Part shown: positions 10,153-20,411 of the stretch, in pieces
Position numbering within the stretch: the first letter of the stretch is position 1
Layout of the letters: the number at the start of each line of letters is the position of its first letter
DNA from: an uncultured Candidatus Rokubacteria bacterium
Lineage (GTDB): Bacteria > Methylomirabilota > Methylomirabilia > Rokubacteriales > DASRDR01
Reading direction: 5' to 3'
Assembly: GCA_963826115.1 (NCBI GenBank)
Contig: CAWGVS010000005.1
Span: forward strand, 1 to 64,000
DNA: 64,000 nt
Notes under the pieces: model-generated
What the model was told of the DNA's origin: nothing
What the model saw: only the letters and a program-made list of their open reading frames with translations
Database searches by the model: none
Program-made: the position numbers and the translations under genes

Positions 10153-11860
10153 TCAGCCGGGGCGGCGGTCGAGGCGGACGAGGACGATGCGCTTCGGGCC
10201 GAGGCGCCCCTCGGCCAGGACGGTGACGCCGGGCTCGGTCGAGGAGGGCCCGGTCGTTGTTGTCGAGGAGCGCGAGCCGCGGGGCGTCCCGCCGCGCCAT
10301 GAGGAGCTCCGACGGGCCCAGCATCGGCGCGATCCGCCGATCGAGGTAGAACGCGACCAGGAAGTCGTAGTCGCCGAGGAGGGAGAGCACCGTCTCGCCG
10401 GGCGGGATCGTCTCGGCGAAGCGCGCGGCCAGGGCGCGCGCCGGATAGCGCGCCTCGTACTGCGGGGCGCGAACGAGCGTGACGCCGAGGAGCCCGACCG
10501 CGGCGGCCAGGACGATCGCCGCGAAGGTCGCGCCGGGCCGGCCGCGGCGCCAGGTGAGCCAGACCGCCGCCGCGCCCCCGAGCAGGATCAGGGCCGCGCC
10601 GAGCTGCCAGGCGGGCTCGCTGGGCACCAGCGTGTCGACCATCCGCCCGGGGATGTAGTCGCGCGGCAGGACGAGCCCGCCGAGCCCGTGGGCCGTCGCG
10701 AGCGCGCCGAGACCGGCGGCGCCGCCCGCCAGGAGCGCCACGGGCCACGCGAGCCAGCGCGACCCGCGGCCCGTCTCGATCGCCCGCGTCCAGAGCCAGC
10801 CCACGAGGAGCGCCATGGCCGGGTAGAGCGGGAGGAGGTACGCGGCGCGCTTGCCGGTGGACAGATTGAAGAAGACGAACCCCGACACGAACCAGCAGAG
10901 CGGGAAGAGGAACGGCGCGACGGCGGGCGCATCGGGGTGCTCCACGGCCTTCCGCGCGCGGCGAAGGTCGTCGCGCGCGCCCTTCCAGGCCTGCCACGAC
11001 AGCGCGAGCGCGCCCGGCACGAACAGGCTCCACGGGAGGAAGCCCGTCGCGAAGTCGCCGAGGTACTGGTGCCACGGACCCTGGTGGACCCAGGCCCGCG
11101 CGTAGCGCTCGACCTGCTGGTGGACGATCGTCTCGCGGAGATAGCCGACGCCGTAGCGCGCGACGGCGGGGCCGTACCACGCCAGCACGACGGCGAGGAA
11201 GACCGGCACGCCGGGCCAGAGCCCGAGGCGACGCGGGAGCGCGCGGAGGGGCCCGGTCAGCCCGAGGTAGAGCGCGGCCGCGAGCAGCGGGAGCACGAGG
11301 CCGAGGAGGCCCTTGCTGAGCACGCCGAGTCCCATCGCCGCGTACGCGAGCGCGAGCCACGCGGTCCGCTGGCGGCCCGGCGGGGCGGCAAAGCTCTGCC
11401 AGAGCCCGAGGCACGCGAGCGTCACGGCGGCGATCAGGAACTGGTCGGGATGCCCCTGGCGCGCGTACCAGAAGAAGAGGCCGCTCGTCGCGAGGACGGT
11501 GGCGCCGGCGAGCCCCGCTCGCCGGCCGAAGAGGGCCTCGCCGAGCGCGAGCGTGGCGAGGAGGCTCGCGAGCCCGCCGAGGGCCGCGGGGAGCCGCGCC
11601 GAGACCTCGTCGAGCCGGCCGCCGCGCGCGGTCGCGACCGTCGCCGTCGTCCAGAAGTAGAGGGGCGGCTTGTCCGGGTAGAGGTCGCCGAAGAGGTGGG
11701 CCACGAGCCAGGGCCCCCCCTCCACCATCCCTCGCGCGGCGAGCGCGTACTTCGCCTCGAGCGGGTGGCGCAGGATCTCGCGCCCGAGCCCCGGGAGATA
11801 GAGGAAGGCGCCGAGCGCGAGGACGAGGAGGAGCGCCCGGGCGCGACCGGGCTCGTTCAC
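10153..11860 (-). CDS. ArnT/PMT-like GT-C glycosyltransferase (frameshift at ~10240 near the C-terminus)
   Basis: EAKYALAARGM, YPDKPPLYFW, ARLPAAL, LSKGLLGLVLP, GKRAAYLLPLYPA; corrected end EPGVTVLAEGRLGPKRIVLVRLDRRPG*. Confidence 0.88.
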
Positions 11861-13494
11861 GCCGGGCACCCGCGCGCGGGCGCGTCGCTCGCGAGGAGCA
11901 CGTACCCGCCCCGCGCCGCGACGACGCCGAGGGCGCCCGCGGGGGGCGGGAGCTCCCGCACGAGGGCGGCGGGCGCGATGACGAAGAGCCGGCCGGGCCG
12001 CGCCGCGAGCTCCGCCAGGCCCGTGTCGCCGGGGCGGCTCGTCCGGGGGACGAAGACCACGGGACGCCCGGCGTAGAAGTGGAGGCTCGGCCGGTAGGGG
12101 CCGACCGCGGCGAGCGTGTCGCACGGGGCCGCCGCGCGCCCCGCCCGCGCGGCGAGCTCGCCCGCCGGCGCCACGAACTCGCGGCTCCACGCCGGCAGCA
12201 CGACCTGGAAGGCGAGCGCGAGGACGACGGCCGTCAGCGCCGCGAGCGTCCGGAACAGGCGCGCGCCGTCCGTCATGAAGGCCACCAGGCCCGCGGCGGC
12301 GACGAGGGCCGCGGCGCCGAGCGCGCTCGCGGGCAGGCTCGCGTCCGCGGCCGCGGGATAGGCGGCCGCGAGCAGCGGCACGAGCCGCGCCGACCCGAGC
12401 CACGCGCCCGCGAGGCCCAGGGCCACCAGAACGCCGGTGACGCCGAGGAGGATCCGCGCCAGGCGCGAGGGCACGGCGGGCCAGCCCGCCCCGACGAGGA
12501 GCGCCGCGGCGGGGAACAGCGGCAGGACGTAGTGGGGGAGCCGGGTCTGCGCCACCGAGAAGAGCGCGACGCCGGCGAGGAGCCACACGGCCGCGAAGAC
12601 GGTGACGGCGTCCGCGCGGCTCGCGCGGGCCCGGGCCCGCGCCCGGCGAAGGGCGCCGGCGAGGGCGTCGGGCAGGAACGCGCTCCAGGGGAAGAAGCCG
12701 AGCAGGAGCACGGGGACGTAGAAGAGCGCCGTCCCGCCCGGCCCGGTCACCGGGCGGATCACGCGGCCGAGCGTCTCGCCGCGGGCCCGCGCGGCGTAGT
12801 CCCAGCCGTGGATCCAGAACATCGCGGCGTACCAGGGCAGGGCGACCAGGAGGAAGAGCGCGAGCCCGCGGAAGGGCCACGCCTCCCGCCACGCCTGGCG
12901 GAGCCCGCTGGCCACGGCCAGGTAGGCGAGCGCGCCCGCGAGCGGGATCAGGAGCCCCACCGGGCCCTTCGCGAGCGTCGCGAGCCCGGCGGCGATCCAG
13001 GCGAGCGCGTACCAGCGCCCGCGCGGCGGCGCGCCCCACCAGCCGCGGAGGAACGCGTAGCCGGCCACGGTCGTCCAGAGGGCGAGCGTCGCGTCGGTCA
13101 GCGCCATCCGGCCGATCGCGACGTACTCGACGGAGAGGAGGAGGACCAGCGCGGCGCGCCAGGCGGCGTCCCGGCCGAAGGCCCAGCGGACGAACGCGTA
13201 CTGGACGAGCACGAGGGCGAGCGCGGCCACCGCCGACGGCAGGCGCGCCGCGGTCTCGCCCACGCCGAGCGCCGCGTACGCGCCCGCCATGAGCCAGTAC
13301 ACGAAGGCGGGCTTCGCGAAGCGCGGGGCGCCGCCGAGGGTCGGCGAGATCCAGGAGCGCTCGGCCAGCATCTCGCGGGCCGCCTCGGCGTTCGCGCCCT
13401 CGTCCCGATCGGTGAGCGCGACGGCGCCCAGGCCCGCGAGGAGGAGCAGCCCCGCGAGCGCGGCAAGCAGCAGGGCGTCCGGGGGCGGGCGCAC
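11857..13494 (-). CDS. ArnT/PMT-like GT-C glycosyltransferase
   Basis: DRDEGANAEAAREM, RFAKPAFVYW, ARLPSA, AKGPVGLLIP, TRLPHYVLPLFPA. Confidence 0.92.
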   Translation of the reverse strand: MRPPPDALLLAALAGLLLLAGLGAVALTDRDEGANAEAAREMLAERSWISPTLGGAPRFAKPAFVYWLMAGAYAALGVGETAARLPSAVAALALVLVQYAFVRWAFGRDAAWRAALVLLLSVEYVAIGRMALTDATLALWTTVAGYAFLRGWWGAPPRGRWYALAWIAAGLATLAKGPVGLLIPLAGALAYLAVASGLRQAWREAWPFRGLALFLLVALPWYAAMFWIHGWDYAARARGETLGRVIRPVTGPGGTALFYVPVLLLGFFPWSAFLPDALAGALRRARARARASRADAVTVFAAVWLLAGVALFSVAQTRLPHYVLPLFPAAALLVGAGWPAVPSRLARILLGVTGVLVALGLAGAWLGSARLVPLLAAAYPAAADASLPASALGAAALVAAAGLVAFMTDGARLFRTLAALTAVVLALAFQVVLPAWSREFVAPAGELAARAGRAAAPCDTLAAVGPYRPSLHFYAGRPVVFVPRTSRPGDTGLAELAARPGRLFVIAPAALVRELPPPAGALGVVAARGGYVLLASDAPARGCPA

Positions 13495-13551
13495 GGGCTA
13501 GATTGTACCCGGGAGTCGTGGTACAGGATGAGGAAGAGACCCCTGCGGCCC

Positions 13552-15678
13552 ATGGCGTCGACGCGATTCGGCAGCCTCCGAGCCCGCCTCGTGGCCCTGA
13601 TCCTCCTGGCCGCGCTCCCGACTCTCGGCCTCGTCCTCTATGTCTACGCCGGCCAGCGCCGCGCCGCCGCCCTCGAGGGGCGCGAGGCCGCGCTCCGCTT
13701 CGCGCACGACCTCGTCCGGGCGCACGAGCTGCGGCTCGGCGAGACGCGGCGGCTCCTGGTCACGGTCGCCCAGATGCCCGAGACCCGCATGGCCGACGCT
13801 CAGGCGTGCGGGGCCCGGTACGCCGCGCTCGCGCGCGAGTTTCCCGACATGATGGCGCTCGGCGTCGCGGCGGCGGGCGGCGAGATCACGTGTAGCTCCG
13901 TGCCGCTGGCCCAGCCGGTGAACGTGGCCGACCGCCAGTGGTTCGACCGGGCCGTCCGGACCCAGGCGTTCACGACGGGCGACCACGAGCTCGACCCCGT
14001 CACCCGGAAGCCGCAGCTGGTCGCCGCCTACCCGGTGCCGTATCCGGGCGGGGGGACGCAGCAGGTCGTCTTCGCGGCGCTCGACCTCGGCTGGGTCGGC
14101 CGTCACGCGGCGGGCGATCTGCCGCCCGACTGGGCGGTCGCGCTCTCGGACGACCGCGGCACGATCCTGGCCCGGCACCCGGATCCCTGGAAGTGGGTGG
14201 GCCAGCGGCTGCCCGAGGCGTCCCTCGTGTCGGCGGCCGTGGCGGAGAAGGGCGAGGGGACGGCGGAGGTCGCGGGCGCCGACGGCGTCGTGCGCCTCCT
14301 CGGCTTCGCGCCGGTGCCGGGACCGACCGGCACGCGCCGGGCGTTCCTCAGCGTGGCGCTGCCGCGCGCGGCCGCGCTCGCCGCGGCGGACCGCGCGCTC
14401 GCGGGGCACCTCCTCGGGCTCGGCCTCGTCACGGGGGTGGCGGCGCTCGCGGCGTGGGCGGGGAGCGGGCGGCTCGTCGTCCGCCGGGTCCAGGGATTGA
14501 TCGACGCGGCGGGGCGCTTCGCCACGGGCGACCTCGAGGCGCGGGCGGAGGTCGCGGGGCGCGACGAGATCGGCGAGCTCGCGCGCGAGCTGAACGGCAT
14601 GGCCGCGCGCATCGGCACGATGGTCGTCGCCGAGCGGGAGGCGCGGCTCGCGCTCGCCGGACGCGTCGACACGCTCGTCGCGGAGCGCACGCGCGAGGTC
14701 GAGCTCCTGCGCCAGCTGAGCGAGCTCCTCCAGGCCTGCGCCACGCCGGACGAGGCGCACGGCGTGATGGGCCAGCTCTGCGGCCGGCTCTTTCCCGACG
14801 CGGCGGGCGCGGTGCTGGTGACGCCCGCCTCGCGGGACGGGCTCTGGGCGGTGGCGGTCTGGGGCCCGCCGGTCGCCGGCGGCCGCGAGCGGTTCCAGCT
14901 CGACGACTGCTGGGCGCTCCGCCGGGGCCGGGTCTACCGGGTCGACGACGTCACGGCGAGCCCGGCGTGCCTGCACCTCGGCCCGCCTCCGCCGACGGCG
15001 TTCGTGTGCGTCCCGCTCGCGGCCCAGGGCGAGACGCTCGGGCTCTTCACCCTCGCCGCGCCGCCGGGGGCGCCGGCCGAGGGCGGGCTCGGCGAGTCGC
15101 GGGTCCGCCTCGCGGTCACGGTGGCCGAGCAGTTCGCCCTCGCGCTCGCGAACGTCCGGCTCCGGGAGACGCTCCGGGGCCAGTCGATCCGCGACCCGCT
15201 GACCGGGCTCTTCAACCGCCGGTACATGGAGGAGACGCTCGAGCGGGAGCTGAGCCGCGCGGAGCGCGAGCACCGGCCGCTGGCGCTGATCCTCCTCGAC
15301 ATCGACCGCTTCAAGCACTTCAACGACACCTTCGGCCACGAGGCGGGCGACGTCGTCCTGTCGAGCCTGGGCGCGCTCCTCCGGAGCGCCTGCCGCGCCG
15401 GCGACGTCGCGTGCCGGTACGGCGGCGAGGAGTTCGTCCTGATCCTGCCCGCCGCGTCGCTGATCGACGCCCAGCGGCGGGCCGAGGAGATCCGCGAGGC
15501 CATCCGCGGGCTCCGCGTGAGCCACGGCGGCCGCCCGCTCGAGGCGGTCCGCTGCTCGATGGGCGTGGCCGCGTACCCGGAGCACGGCGGCGTGGGCGGA
15601 TCGCTCCTCCGGGCCGCCGACGCCGCGCTCTACCGCGCGAAGCGCGAGGGCCGCGACCAGGTCGTCCTCGCCGACTGA
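13552..15678 (+). CDS. Diguanylate cyclase (TM-Cache-TM-HAMP-GAF-GGDEF)
   Basis: RDPLTGLFNRRY, DIDRFKHFNDTFGHEAGD, RxxD I-site RAGD, GGEEF, ADAALYRAK. Confidence 0.93.
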   Translation: MASTRFGSLRARLVALILLAALPTLGLVLYVYAGQRRAAALEGREAALRFAHDLVRAHELRLGETRRLLVTVAQMPETRMADAQACGARYAALAREFPDMMALGVAAAGGEITCSSVPLAQPVNVADRQWFDRAVRTQAFTTGDHELDPVTRKPQLVAAYPVPYPGGGTQQVVFAALDLGWVGRHAAGDLPPDWAVALSDDRGTILARHPDPWKWVGQRLPEASLVSAAVAEKGEGTAEVAGADGVVRLLGFAPVPGPTGTRRAFLSVALPRAAALAAADRALAGHLLGLGLVTGVAALAAWAGSGRLVVRRVQGLIDAAGRFATGDLEARAEVAGRDEIGELARELNGMAARIGTMVVAEREARLALAGRVDTLVAERTREVELLRQLSELLQACATPDEAHGVMGQLCGRLFPDAAGAVLVTPASRDGLWAVAVWGPPVAGGRERFQLDDCWALRRGRVYRVDDVTASPACLHLGPPPPTAFVCVPLAAQGETLGLFTLAAPPGAPAEGGLGESRVRLAVTVAEQFALALANVRLRETLRGQSIRDPLTGLFNRRYMEETLERELSRAEREHRPLALILLDIDRFKHFNDTFGHEAGDVVLSSLGALLRSACRAGDVACRYGGEEFVLILPAASLIDAQRRAEEIREAIRGLRVSHGGRPLEAVRCSMGVAAYPEHGGVGGSLLRAADAALYRAKREGRDQVVLAD

Positions 15679-15680
15679 CC

Positions 15681-15756
15681 GTCAAACTCCGGGGTCAGGC
15701 CTCGACTTTGATGTCTACGGGAGCCATCACACTTAGGCCTGGCCCCGACTTTGACG
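15681..15756. repeat. Inverted pair of REP-like palindromic units between convergent genes
   Basis: GTCAAACTCCGGGGTCAGGCCTCGACTTTGATG (15681-15713) and an inverted degenerate copy, revcomp GTCAAAGTCGGGGCCAGGCCTAAGTGTGATG (15725-15755). Confidence 0.8.
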
Positions 15757-15779
15757 TGTTGACGCGGGGCGTCGACCGG

Positions 15780-16172
15780 TCAGGGGCGAGCTTTGGCGGC
15801 GATCCGCTGAAGGAAGCGCGCCTGGTCGATCTGGAAGCGCTCGTGGGTGCCTTCCACGATCCGCTCGCTCTCGTCGTGACCCTCGATGTCGAACACGAGG
15901 CGGCGGCCGTCGACCTCGCGGACCGTCGCGCGGATGTTCACGCGCATCCCCACGGGTGTCGCCGCCAGGTGGCGGACGTCGATGCGCGTCCCGACGGTGC
16001 CGGCGCCGGCCGGGAGCTCTGCCTCGACGGCGCGGATCGCGGCCAGCTCGAGGAGCGCCACCAGGCGAGGCGTCGCCAGCACGTGGACGCCCTTGTTCCC
16101 GAGCGCGTCCGCGGTGTCCGCCGGCTGCACGTCCGTCTCGACCACACCCACCATGCCGGGCTCGATGGCCAT
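15780..16172 (-). CDS. Hot-dog fold thioesterase (FlK/fluoroacetyl-CoA thioesterase-like)
   Basis: VLATPRLVALLELAA...TVGTRIDVRHLAATPVGM...GTHERF; GGAG RBS. Confidence 0.9.
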   Translation of the reverse strand: MAIEPGMVGVVETDVQPADTADALGNKGVHVLATPRLVALLELAAIRAVEAELPAGAGTVGTRIDVRHLAATPVGMRVNIRATVREVDGRRLVFDIEGHDESERIVEGTHERFQIDQARFLQRIAAKARP

Positions 16173-16186
16173 CGCAACTCTCCTGT

Positions 16187-16921
16187 TCAGTGCGGGGGAT
16201 GGACCAGGAAGACCACGCCCAGGCCCGCGACGAGGACCTCGAGCGCCACGACGAAGGACCGGTCGCTCATCCGGTCGAGGATGAGGCGGCCGACGAAGGC
16301 GCCGGCGAACATCACCGCCCCGATCGCCAGGCCGAGGGCGCTGGTCTCGGGCGTGAGGAGCGAATAGCGCCCGTACACGAGCGTCTTGACGAGGTGGACG
16401 CCGGCCGCGCACACGGCGTCGGTCCCCACGTACGCGCCGCGGCGGAGCCCGTAGCCGAGGAAGAACGGCATGCTGATCGGCCCGGTCGCGGCGACCAGCG
16501 CCGACAGGAGGCCGGTCCCGGCGCCGAGGATGGGGAAGTGGCGGAGCCGCATCCGCCGCGGGCCGTGCTCGAGCCACCGCCGGAGCGGGAGCGCCGACAG
16601 GAGGACCAGCCCCATCAGCCGCCCCAGCCACTCGGGCGGCGTGGCCGTGTAGAGCACGGCGCCGATCACCGCGAGCGGCGCCGCGCCCGCGAGGTAGGCG
16701 CCGATGACCCGCCAGTCGAGCTCGTCGCGGCTCCACCAGGCGCGCGAGAGGTTGCCCACGATCAGCCCGATGGTGAGGACCGGGACGCTGGCGCGCACGC
16801 CCACCGCCCACACCACGATCGGCAGCATGACGAGCCCGGTCCCGAACCCGAGCGCGCCCCCCACGACCGCGGCCGGGAAGGCCGCGGCGAGGAGGATCAG
16901 GACGCCGGTGAGGGACGGCAT
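16187..16921 (-). CDS. Sulfite exporter TauE/SafE family membrane protein
   Basis: GGALGFGTGLVMLP...GLLSALVAATGP; about 8 TM segments. Confidence 0.85.
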   Translation of the reverse strand: MPSLTGVLILLAAAFPAAVVGGALGFGTGLVMLPIVVWAVGVRASVPVLTIGLIVGNLSRAWWSRDELDWRVIGAYLAGAAPLAVIGAVLYTATPPEWLGRLMGLVLLSALPLRRWLEHGPRRMRLRHFPILGAGTGLLSALVAATGPISMPFFLGYGLRRGAYVGTDAVCAAGVHLVKTLVYGRYSLLTPETSALGLAIGAVMFAGAFVGRLILDRMSDRSFVVALEVLVAGLGVVFLVHPPH

Positions 16922-16961
16922 CGCCGTCACGGGTCCATCCCGCGCGTGACCGGGGTGTCCG

Positions 16962-18233
16962 TCATGTCCACGGGTCGTCCTCGAGCGTGAGGGGCCGGCC
17001 GGGGTCGCGCCGGAGGTTCCGGGCCGCCGTCGCGAGCGCGAACGACTCGTGAGACGCATCCTTCCATCGCGTCCCCTTCTCGGGCGGGGGCCCCCGCCTG
17101 GACGGGGGGACGCGGAAGAGGCCGCCGTGGACAGGATCGACGAACGTGCGGCGGACGTAGTCCCAGTGCCGGGCCGCCTCGGCGAGGTGCCCGGCGCGCG
17201 CCTCGAGGTCGACGGCGGCGGCGAGCGCGCCGGAGCGAAGCGCCTCCATCTGGAGCCACCACTCCTCCCGGCCGAAGGGGTCGACGATGCCGCCGGTGGG
17301 GCCGCGCTGGGCGCCGGCGTGCGCCCGGAGCGTCCGCTCGATCGGGCCGATGGCGAGCGGCTCGCCGAGGGCCGCGCGGGCCAGCGGCAGGCGGTGACAG
17401 GCCTGGAGCTCGAGCCCCGCGTTCGCGTCGAGGGTCAGCGGGCGGAGCTCCGGCGTGAGGGCGATCGGGAGCCGGCCCGTGTCCCGCACCAGGCCCTCGA
17501 AGAGCCGGACGAGCGCCGCGAGCCGCTCGCCCGCGAGCGCGTCGCGGTGGCGGTGGTGGAGCTCGGTCAGCATCTCGATCATGTCGCCCTGCACGTTCAC
17601 GTCCTTCGCGCCGAGGGGCGTGCCCATGTGGTCGCGCGGCCCCGGCGCCTCGGCGGGGCGGAGGCCGTACGGCGCCCCGTCGGCCCGAAGCCAGCCCCAG
17701 TAGCCGCCGCGCTCCCGGTCCCACGCGTGCTGGTCGAGCCACTGGAGCCCCTCGCGCGCGAAGCCGAGGGCCTCCGGCTCGCCGAGCGTCCGGGCGACGT
17801 CGACGCACGCGTGGATCGCGTAGACGCTGCCGTGCCCGTGCTTGTCGCCGCGGTCCCGGGGCCGCCCGTCCCGGTCGACGCACGCGTACCATCCGCCGCG
17901 CTCCGCGTCCCACATCACGTCGCGGAGGTACTCGTAGCCGTGCCGGCAGGCGCGCTCGAGCGCGGCGTCGCCCGGCCGGAGCCGGCAGGCGAGCGCCGCC
18001 ACGCGCGTGTGCCGCGCCTGGAACTCGAGCAGCCTGTCCTGCGGCCCGTCGGGGCGCCAGCTCCCGTCGAAGTCACACAGGTAGCCGCCCCGCTGGTCGT
18101 CGAGACAGCGCGGGAACCAGGCGTCGAGCGCATCCCGCCAGAGCGTCCGCTCGAGCTCGTCGGGCTCGAGCGGGGCCGCCTCCGGCCGGGCGGCCGGCCT
18201 CCCGATCCCGAGGCGGCGGAGCCAGCGACCCAT
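16962..18233 (-). CDS. AGE/cellobiose 2-epimerase family (alpha/alpha)6 barrel protein with altered catalytic histidines
   Basis: DDQRGGYL, LLEFQAR, WDAERGGWY, DKHGHGSVYAI, WDRERGGY, WWLQME, DPVHGGLF, KGTRWKDASH. Confidence 0.8.
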   Translation of the reverse strand: MGRWLRRLGIGRPAARPEAAPLEPDELERTLWRDALDAWFPRCLDDQRGGYLCDFDGSWRPDGPQDRLLEFQARHTRVAALACRLRPGDAALERACRHGYEYLRDVMWDAERGGWYACVDRDGRPRDRGDKHGHGSVYAIHACVDVARTLGEPEALGFAREGLQWLDQHAWDRERGGYWGWLRADGAPYGLRPAEAPGPRDHMGTPLGAKDVNVQGDMIEMLTELHHRHRDALAGERLAALVRLFEGLVRDTGRLPIALTPELRPLTLDANAGLELQACHRLPLARAALGEPLAIGPIERTLRAHAGAQRGPTGGIVDPFGREEWWLQMEALRSGALAAAVDLEARAGHLAEAARHWDYVRRTFVDPVHGGLFRVPPSRRGPPPEKGTRWKDASHESFALATAARNLRRDPGRPLTLEDDPWT

Positions 18234-18244
18234 CCGCGGCCGGC

Positions 18245-19231
18245 TCAGGAGGGCGGCACGCGCTCGAGTGGCGGATCGCCCTGGACGACGCGCTGGATGT
18301 TGCCGAGGGCGAAGCGCATCTTCGTCCGGAAGGCGTCGAGCGTTCCGGCGCCGACGTGCGGCGTGAGGACGACGTTGTCGAGCGTGGTGAGGGGGTGCCC
18401 GGGCGAGAGCGGCTCGGGCGTGAAGACGTCGAGCCCGGCGCCGGCGATGCGGCGCTCGCGGAGGGCCTCGACGAGCGCGTCCTGGTCCACGACGCCGCCG
18501 CGCGAGATGTTGATGAGGTACGCCGACGGCTTCATCTGGGCGAGGAACGCGCGGTTGACCATGTGGCGGGTCTCGTCGGTCAGGGGGACGTGGCAGACGA
18601 CGACGTCCGACTCGCGGAGGAGACGCTCCCGCGAGACCAGCTCGACGCCGCCGAAGCGGGCGCGCTCCTCGGGCGTGAGGCTGATGTACGGGTCGCACGC
18701 GAGCAGCCGCACGCCGAACCCGAGGGCCCGCTGGGCCGTGGCGCGCCCCGTCCGGCCGAAGCCGAAGAGCCCGAGCGTCTTCCCCTCGAGGTCGCGCGTG
18801 AGCGGCCGGAGCGTCCACTGGAGCCACTTCCCCTGGACGAGCGCGTTGTGCGCCACCACCACCTGCTTCAGGACGGCGAGGATGAGCGTCATCGTGTGCT
18901 CGCCCACGCCGGTGGCGGTCCCGGCGGGGCAGAGGCAGAGCGGGATCTTCCGGGCGGCGAGCGCCTGGGTGTCGATGCGCTCGTAGCCGACGCCCTGGTG
19001 CTGCACCAGACGGAGCCGCGGCGCCCCGTCGAGGTCGGCCGCCGTGAGCGCCCAGTCGGCGATGATGAGGAACTCGGCGCGGGCGAGCTTCTGGCGGGCC
19101 TCGCTCGGCTCCTCCGTCTCGATGAACACGGGCTCGAGCTCGGGCGGCGCCTCCGCGCGGATGACGTCGTAGAGCTCGCGGGTGGCGCGGTTCCAGTAGA
19201 GCACCGGGTGCCGGTCGGGCTGCTCGGCCAT
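18245..19231 (-). CDS. D-isomer specific 2-hydroxyacid dehydrogenase
   Basis: GVGYERID, GLFGFGRTG, INISRGGVVD, GLDVF..EP, TPHVGAGT. Confidence 0.92.
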   Translation of the reverse strand: MAEQPDRHPVLYWNRATRELYDVIRAEAPPELEPVFIETEEPSEARQKLARAEFLIIADWALTAADLDGAPRLRLVQHQGVGYERIDTQALAARKIPLCLCPAGTATGVGEHTMTLILAVLKQVVVAHNALVQGKWLQWTLRPLTRDLEGKTLGLFGFGRTGRATAQRALGFGVRLLACDPYISLTPEERARFGGVELVSRERLLRESDVVVCHVPLTDETRHMVNRAFLAQMKPSAYLINISRGGVVDQDALVEALRERRIAGAGLDVFTPEPLSPGHPLTTLDNVVLTPHVGAGTLDAFRTKMRFALGNIQRVVQGDPPLERVPPS

Positions 19232-19236
19232 GGGGG

Positions 19237-19965
19237 TCAGCCTCCCAGGTAAGTGCGGACGACGGCCTCGTCGCGGGAGAGCTCGGCGGGGGTGCCCTCG
19301 AGGCGCACCCGCCCGGTCTCCATCACGTAGGCCCGGTCCGCGACGGTGAACGCGAGGTGAACGTTCTGCTCGACCAGCAATACGGTCACGCCCTGACGGC
19401 GGATCTCGGCGATGGTCCGGAAGATCTGGCGAGCGATCAGGGGCGCCAGGCCGAGCGACGGCTCGTCCAGCAGGAGGAGCCGCGGACGCGCCATGAGGGC
19501 GCGCCCGATGGTGAGCATCTGCTGCTCGCCGCCGGAGAGCGTTCCCGCCGGCTGCTGCCGCCGCTCCCGCAGCACGGGGAAGAGCGCGAAGATGCGCTCG
19601 AGATCCGCCGGGACCGCGTCGCGGTCGCGGCGGGAGTAGGCGCCGACCGCGAGGTTCTCCTCGACCGTGAAGCGCGGGAACACCTGCCGGCCCTCGGGCG
19701 TCAGGCTCACGCCGCGCGCGACCAGCTCCCACGGCGGCCGGCCGTCGACGCGCGCCCCGGCGAGGCGGATCGCGCCGGCGTCCGGCCGGACCAGGCCCGC
19801 GACGGCGTTGAGCGTCGACGACTTCCCCGCGCCGTTCGGTCCGACGAGCGTGACGATCTCCTCGGGGCGCACCTCGAGGGACACGTCGTGGACCGCGCGG
19901 ATCGCGCCGTAGCGGATCGCGAGCCCGCGGACCTCGAGGTGGGCGGGCGCGGGCGTCGCGCTCAT
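19237..19965 (-). CDS. livF: Branched-chain amino acid ABC transporter ATP-binding protein
   Basis: GPNGAGKSS, PEGRQVF, LSGGEQQML, LDEPSLGLAP, LVEQN. Confidence 0.92.
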   Translation of the reverse strand: MSATPAPAHLEVRGLAIRYGAIRAVHDVSLEVRPEEIVTLVGPNGAGKSSTLNAVAGLVRPDAGAIRLAGARVDGRPPWELVARGVSLTPEGRQVFPRFTVEENLAVGAYSRRDRDAVPADLERIFALFPVLRERRQQPAGTLSGGEQQMLTIGRALMARPRLLLLDEPSLGLAPLIARQIFRTIAEIRRQGVTVLLVEQNVHLAFTVADRAYVMETGRVRLEGTPAELSRDEAVVRTYLGG

Positions 19966-20411
19966 CCGCGGGCCAGGAGGTGCGCCATCGCGGCCAGGGC
20001 GAGGAGCCCCGCCACGGTGCGCACCGCGTGAAGCGCGGTCCAGCGCCGGAGGAGGAGGCGCGCCTCGGGCGCGTCGGGGGACAGCGCCCGGTCGAGGAGC
20101 CGGTTGTTGGTCGGCAGGATCACCACGAGCGTGTACGGGATCACGAGGCCGAGGAGGACGCCGGCCGCGAGCCAGGCGATCCGCGCGCCCCCGAGCCAGG
20201 CGCCGATCGCCGCGAGCGCGCCCAGCGCCGCGAGCCCGCCCTGGAGGCGCGCCGCCCGGGGGTAGCTCGTCCGGAACTGCGCGACCGCCATCGGGGGGCC
20301 GGTGAGGAGCCGCGCCGGGTGCTCGACCAGGCTCACGTAGAGCGCGCCGCCGGCGAAGAGCGCCGCCGCGCCCGCCGCGATCCACTCGAGCGCCCACGCC
20401 CACGCGGTCAC
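19962..20411 (-). CDS. DUF1772 / anthrone oxygenase-like membrane protein
   Basis: FAGGALYVSLVEHPAR...IPYTLVVILPTNNRL...LLRRWTALHAVRT; 4-bp overlaps with both neighbours. Confidence 0.82.
   Translation of the reverse strand: MTAWAWALEWIAAGAAALFAGGALYVSLVEHPARLLTGPPMAVAQFRTSYPRAARLQGGLAALGALAAIGAWLGGARIAWLAAGVLLGLVIPYTLVVILPTNNRLLDRALSPDAPEARLLLRRWTALHAVRTVAGLLALAAMAHLLARG

Noticed and set aside
19231-19245. GGGGGTCAGCCT at the livF stop as another REP unit
   Set aside because: Lacks the CAAA/TTTG arms; likely chance similarity around a TGA stop.
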